Assembly: GCA_000993615.1 (NCBI GenBank)
Contig: LBWM01000003.1
Coordinates: 16,125-80,124 of the forward strand
DNA: 64,000 bases
From: Candidatus Peregrinibacteria bacterium GW2011_GWF2_39_17
Lineage (GTDB): Bacteria; Patescibacteriota; Gracilibacteria; UBA1369; UBA12473
Direction of reading: 5' to 3'
Part shown: positions 60,623-64,000 of the stretch, in pieces
Layout: each line of letters opens with the position of its first letter
How positions within the stretch are numbered: position 1 is the stretch's first letter
Position numbers and translations under genes: made by a program
Notes under the pieces: generated by a model
What the model saw: the letters and a program-made list of their open reading frames with translations, nothing else
What the model was told of the DNA's origin: nothing
The model's database searches: none

Positions 60623-62308
60623 TTAATATTTCAATTCCTTCAAATATCCCTCCACTTCCTTATCTATTTGGCTTCTTTCCTTTTCCAGCTCCTTCAACTC
60701 TCCCCAAACTTCACTTACGTTGATTTCCTCCTCCTCTTCTCCATTTTCGATATATCGGCGGACATTCAGATTGAATTCATTTTTCTCAATTTCTTTTAGA
60801 TCAACAATGCGTGCGAATTTTTCAATATCTTTGTAGTCATCATAGGCGCTTACGATTTTGTCGATGTCCTTTTTCCTCAAGCTGTTCTGATTTTTCCCTT
60901 CCGCATAATCTTTTTCAGCATCTATGAAAATGAGTTTATTTTTTTTGTTTTCGGGCTTGTTTCTATTAAAAATCAGAATACAAACGGGAATCCCAACGCC
61001 GTAAAACAGTTTTGAAGGCATTGCTATAATTGCTTCAATCAGATCATTTTTCAAAATTTGTTCACGAATCCGGCCTTCACTGCCGCCCCTGAAAAGCACA
61101 CCGTGAGGGAGTACAACTCCGGCACGTCCATTTTCTTTCATTGATTTAATGATGTGTAATATAAAGACATAGTCTGCGTTTTTATTTGGCGGCATGTCGT
61201 AGCCTGTAAGTCTTCCATAACGATTTGTCTTGAAAAATTCATACGGCCAGTCTTTGATGGAATAGGGAGGATTGGCGACCACTATGTCGAACTGTTTTAA
61301 AGCACCGAAATCGTCTAGAAATTGAGGATCTTGTAATGTATCTCCGCGCCTGATGTCGGCTGCATCCAGGCCGTGCAAAAACATATTTATTTTTGCTATG
61401 GCAAAAGTTCCGAGGTTTATTTCTTGCCCATATAGATAAAGAGTGTTGGCTATTTTTTCATCGGTTTTTTCTCTTAAATGTAGATATGATTCAAGAAGAA
61501 ATCCGCCTGAACCAACGGTCGGATCATATATGTGATTTTTTTCGTGTGGTTTTAGAATATTGATGATGACGCGTTCAATTTCACGGGGGGTATAAAATTC
61601 ACCTCCTTTTTTACCAGCGTCGGCGGCAAATTGCTTTATGAGATATTCATATGCGTCACCGAGTAGGTCGGAATTTATATAGTTACTCCCAAAATTATAT
61701 TGAGAGAAGTGGTTAATAAGCCGTTGGAGAGTATCATTTGGAAACTTGTGTTTATTCGCAAAATCCAGATCGTCGAATATTCTGTCGAGTTTTGGGCTGT
61801 TGGCGTTGGTAAGTTTCGCAAAGTTTTCATTCAACTTTTGTCCGATATTGTCCGCCTGTTGTTCAATTACTATCCATTTGCAGTCTTCCGGAACCTGAAA
61901 ACGGTGGTTGTAATCAGCTTTTGCGAGATTTTTATCGTTAAATTCGTCCATTACTTTTTGATATTCCTCATCCCATACGTCACTTATGCGTTTATAAAAA
62001 AGAAGCCCAAAAATATATTTTTTGTAATCCGAGCTGTCGATCTTTCCCCTTAATATATCTGCACTTTTCCACAAAAACTGTTCAAGCTGTTGGAGCGTGA
62101 GCCTGCTTCCCATTTTGGCAGTTATTGTTTCAATATCTGCCGGACGGTACCTGCGGTCTTGTCGATCTCCGATTCTCAAAGGGACAAGAAGTCCTTTCTT
62201 TTCCCAATTTCGCAAAGTGTCTTGATGAATGCCAAAAATCTCTGAGACCTCACTGATTGAAAGGAGGTCTGGCATTTCTTTTAACTTTTTTTCGATTTCT
62301 CTTTTCAT
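60623..62308 (-). CDS. hsdM: Type I R-M N6-adenine DNA methyltransferase subunit with an N-terminal MerR/excisionase-type HTH
   Basis: HTH 'LLSISEVSEIFGIHQDTLRNWEKKGLLVPLRIGDRQDRRYRPADIE'. HsdM N-domain 'LWKSADILRGKIDSSDYKKYIFGLLFYKRISD'. SAM motif 'IYDPTVGSGGFL' and catalytic 'VVANPPYSIKDW'. Confidence 0.95.
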   Translation of the reverse strand: MKREIEKKLKEMPDLLSISEVSEIFGIHQDTLRNWEKKGLLVPLRIGDRQDRRYRPADIETITAKMGSRLTLQQLEQFLWKSADILRGKIDSSDYKKYIFGLLFYKRISDVWDEEYQKVMDEFNDKNLAKADYNHRFQVPEDCKWIVIEQQADNIGQKLNENFAKLTNANSPKLDRIFDDLDFANKHKFPNDTLQRLINHFSQYNFGSNYINSDLLGDAYEYLIKQFAADAGKKGGEFYTPREIERVIINILKPHEKNHIYDPTVGSGGFLLESYLHLREKTDEKIANTLYLYGQEINLGTFAIAKINMFLHGLDAADIRRGDTLQDPQFLDDFGALKQFDIVVANPPYSIKDWPYEFFKTNRYGRLTGYDMPPNKNADYVFILHIIKSMKENGRAGVVLPHGVLFRGGSEGRIREQILKNDLIEAIIAMPSKLFYGVGIPVCILIFNRNKPENKKNKLIFIDAEKDYAEGKNQNSLRKKDIDKIVSAYDDYKDIEKFARIVDLKEIEKNEFNLNVRRYIENGEEEEEINVSEVWGELKELEKERSQIDKEVEGYLKELKY

Positions 62309-62473
62309 AGTATTACGAAATGTTATTTATTGAAACAAACCCGAGTATACAGATGAAAGTTGGAAAAGTCAATATAAAATTTCTTCATAGGTTATCATAG
62401 GTTTAGCATTGACTTTTATTTGGCTGTACCTAATATAGGGGGTGCAATATTTATTTTTTAAACTCTTAAGTTT

Positions 62474-62686
62474 ATGCCAAAAAAGGATACAAATGCGCCA
62501 AACATGCCCGGTCATGCCGCTCGAACTCAACAAGGGAGACTTCGAAAAATAAGGGAAGATACTCAAATGGGGACTCTGAAACAACGCTATCATGTTGACT
62601 TGGGAGTAAGAAGTGATATGGAATGGGGAACTTTCAAGGAAAAGTTTGATATCGATAGCGTTAAGGAGGCCTTAGAAAAAAAATAA
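62474..62686 (+). CDS. Possible small hypothetical protein
   Basis: 70-aa ORF divergent from hsdM, preceded by TTGACT (62409-62414), a 16-nt spacer, then TAATAT (62431-62436). No clear RBS and no motif recognised. Confidence 0.3.
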   Translation: MPKKDTNAPNMPGHAARTQQGRLRKIREDTQMGTLKQRYHVDLGVRSDMEWGTFKEKFDIDSVKEALEKK

Positions 62687-62718
62687 GGATAAATAAATCT
62701 CCCTAACCCATCCCAATG

Positions 62719-62912
62719 CCCGTCCTTTTCCGTGTCGAATTTTCACAAAGCCCCCTTTCGGGCGGCGCGAGGAGTTGTGCGTGGGTGCGCCAGCGTGCGT
62801 TGCCCCCTTTCAGCGCACGCTGTGGCACAGAGTTCAACAAAAAATCTCTGGAGGCTAGCCTCCAGATGCTTTAAAATGAGTCCGAACTTCTTCATAGAGG
62901 CAGCTCCAAGCA
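62719..62912. repeat. Right arm of the GC-rich imperfect inverted repeat flanking the type I R-M island
   Basis: See the left arm. The exact blocks are 62719-62754 and 62839-62912. The core contains the hairpin cagcgtgcg...cgcacgctg, and the palindrome ctggaggctagcctccag lies at 62848-62865. Confidence 0.85.
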
Positions 62913-63012
62913 GTAAATCGCGATTTTTCGGACGCGGCGGCCCACGGAAAACCCAATTCCACAACGTCTTTTTGGCCGATGATGTGGAAGTTCGCCGCGC
63001 GGAGCGCGGAAT

Positions 63013-63052
63013 AAAACCGAATGGTAAAATGAACAGGATACCATTCGGTTTT
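63013..63052. repeat. Perfect 14-bp inverted repeat with a 12-nt spacer, upstream of the recombinase remnant
   Basis: aaaaccgaatggta (63013-63026) / taccattcggtttt (63039-63052). It could be a terminator-like hairpin (a T-run follows a few nt later) or a recombinase or operator site. Confidence 0.5.
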
Positions 63053-63129
63053 ATAGCCAATTTTTTACTTTTTGCCGAAGGCAAAACTTCTAAATTTCCA
63101 GTTAAAGAAAACGACAACCAATCAAGCCT

Positions 63130-63400
63130 ATGAAGTATTTTATCTATGCCAGAAAATCTACGGATGAAAATGACCGCCAAGTTCTCTCTATTGAAGGACA
63201 AGTAACGGAATTACGAGAATTTGCCGTAAAAGAAAAACTGGAAGTCATTGATGAATTTATAGAAAGCAAAACGGCAAAGGTGCCCGGCAGACCAATTTTC
63301 AACAAAATGATCAAAAAAATAGGACTTAACGGTCATGCGGATAACGTAGGAATTTTAGCGTGGCATCCCGACAGATTGGCAAGAAACAGCATAGATGGCT
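63130..63400 (+). pseudogene. Truncated serine recombinase (N-terminal catalytic domain fragment only)
   Basis: 'MKYFIYARKSTDENDRQVLSIEGQ...GRPIFNKMIKKI...VGILAWHPDRLARNSIDG' matches resolvase/large serine recombinase N-termini, with a catalytic Ser in 'YARKS'. Homology stops at ~aa 90, exactly where the tRNA gene begins. The remainder of ORF 63130..63522 is read-through of the tRNA. Confidence 0.7.
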
Positions 63401-63474
63401 TGGAGCGGATGACGGGAATCGAACCCGTGCCTCAACCTTGGGAAGGTCGCGTACTACCATTATACTACATCCGC
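63401..63474 (-). tRNA. tRNA-Gly (anticodon CCC) with encoded CCA
   Basis: The reverse complement, GCGGATGTAGTATAATGGTAGTACGCGACCTTCCCAAGGTTGAGGCACGGGTTCGATTCCCGTCATCCGCTCCA, folds by hand into a cloverleaf: a 7-bp acceptor stem, a 4-bp D stem, a 5-bp anticodon stem with loop TTCCCAA, a T arm ACGGG/TTCGATT/CCCGT, and discriminator T followed by CCA. Confidence 0.9.
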
Positions 63475-63616
63475 AATTTATTTTTTGTGCTTTGGAGCGC
63501 AAATATTTGTCGCTTTTTTTAATTTCTTTTCTTTTGAATTTTAGGCAAAAACCCGACGTAAAACAAGCCTTTAAAACCTGCTTAAAATTTCCTTTAAAAA
63601 AACCCGTAAAAAAATA

Positions 63617-63644
63617 TTGACATTCAAAATCAAAAGACTAAATT
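63617..63644 (+). promoter_or_regulatory. Sigma70-like promoter in front of the terminal structured region
   Basis: TTGACA (63617-63622), a 16-nt spacer, then TAAATT (63639-63644). Confidence 0.35.
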
Positions 63645-63792
63645 TAGTCCGTAAAAAAATTAAATACGCACGCCTAGGGCACTGCGTAAACAGTAGGGAA
63701 CTGACTGACTTTGAAGGATCATCTTCTCGCTCTCAAAGGCGCTCACTCCCTGAGGTTTACTCGGGCTCTACGACGATTCGTAGCGTACATCT

Positions 63793-63842
63793 CCTTTCCT
63801 TTGCGGCATTTATTAGTGATTTTATATGCCCTAAAGGAAAGG
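63793..63842 (+). other. Long stem-loop (17-bp stem with 2 mismatches)
   Basis: cctttcctttgcggcat (63793-63809) pairs with atgccctaaaggaaagg (63826-63842) across a 16-nt AT-rich loop. Confidence 0.55.
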
Positions 63843-63845
63843 GTG

Positions 63846-64000
63846 GTGTGGGCTCAAACCGTGGTAGGGTTGTTCCTTACCAACGCGGAGAGTCCACACG
63901 AAGGTAAAATTCGAAAAATGGGGAAACCCATGCGCCGTAAGGCACTTTCGAATTCGCAGTTGAGCTGTAAAAAGATCGTCCACTTTTGGACGAAAATATC
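63846..64000 (+). ncRNA. Candidate structured RNA running off the window: possibly the 5' end of a group II intron (class C-like), alternatively another ncRNA
   Basis: It begins GUGUG 3 nt after the long stem-loop. It contains 'GGAGAGUCCACACGAAGG' and a 9-bp helix (aattcgaaa/tttcgaatt) enclosing two GNRA-capped hairpins (augggGAAAcccau, gccGUAAggc). GC is clearly above the local background. The only ORF there (63617..63907) does not look like a protein. Confidence 0.3.

Noticed and set aside
63360-63907. ORFs 63360..63620 and 63617..63907
   Set aside because: The first is read through the tRNA-Gly gene and an AT-rich spacer. The second spans the promoter and the hairpin-rich region, and its translation is Arg/Ser-rich. 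An RNA-level interpretation is preferred.
63880-64000. RNase P RNA as the identity of the terminal structured region
   Set aside because: This is not fully rejected, but I rank it below the intron idea. 'GGAGAGUCC' deviates from the near-invariant GGAAAGUCC. The GAAA and GUAA hairpins are in the opposite order to P8/P9 of E. coli M1 RNA as I recall it. A 200-nt structured leader between the promoter and P1 would also be unexplained. A covariance-model scan is needed.

Overview
The window is 64 kb of a low-GC bacterial chromosome. Hand-counted 60-nt lines give about 35% GC. It uses the standard genetic code, because long ORFs read through without TGA recoding. Gene content suggests a reduced, cell-surface-oriented organism, possibly a Patescibacteria/CPR-like lineage; that placement is inference only. 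The central ~46 kb (7.6-53.5 kb) is mostly housekeeping: ilvD, gyrB, gyrA, rpmE, aroC, tgt, ruvA, ruvC, glmS, pyk, gpmI, secDF, prepilin peptidase, GDP-mannose genes and an M24 peptidase. Interspersed with these are large secreted or surface proteins (SLH-domain proteins, an S41 protease, a 1329-aa M4-like protease, a TSP3-repeat protein, a transglutaminase-like protein), a VirB4-like ATPase and a GGDEF protein. Both ends of the window are accessory. The left end (1-7.6 kb) carries a DNA methyltransferase fused to an Mrr-like nuclease domain. Next to it is a compositionally foreign, high-GC ~1.6-kb islet with two tandem TIR-like proteins, which I consider the best candidate for an undescribed defence module. 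A cell-wall-attack cluster follows: an SLT+SGNH fusion, a NAT-like protein and a papain-like protein. The right end (53.5-63.5 kb) is a type I R-M island with the order hsdM(HTH-fused)-rhuM-50aa ORF-hsdS-unknown 282aa-hsdR-ygjP. It is bracketed by ~170-195-nt GC-rich inverted repeats and followed by a truncated serine-recombinase gene that abuts the 3' end of tRNA-Gly(CCC). The last ~350 nt are a promoter-preceded, GC-enriched structured non-coding region that runs off the window. It could be the 5' part of a group II intron or another ncRNA. I saw no CRISPR array, rRNA, reverse transcriptase or transposase. All functional calls rest on motif recognition by eye, with no searches run.
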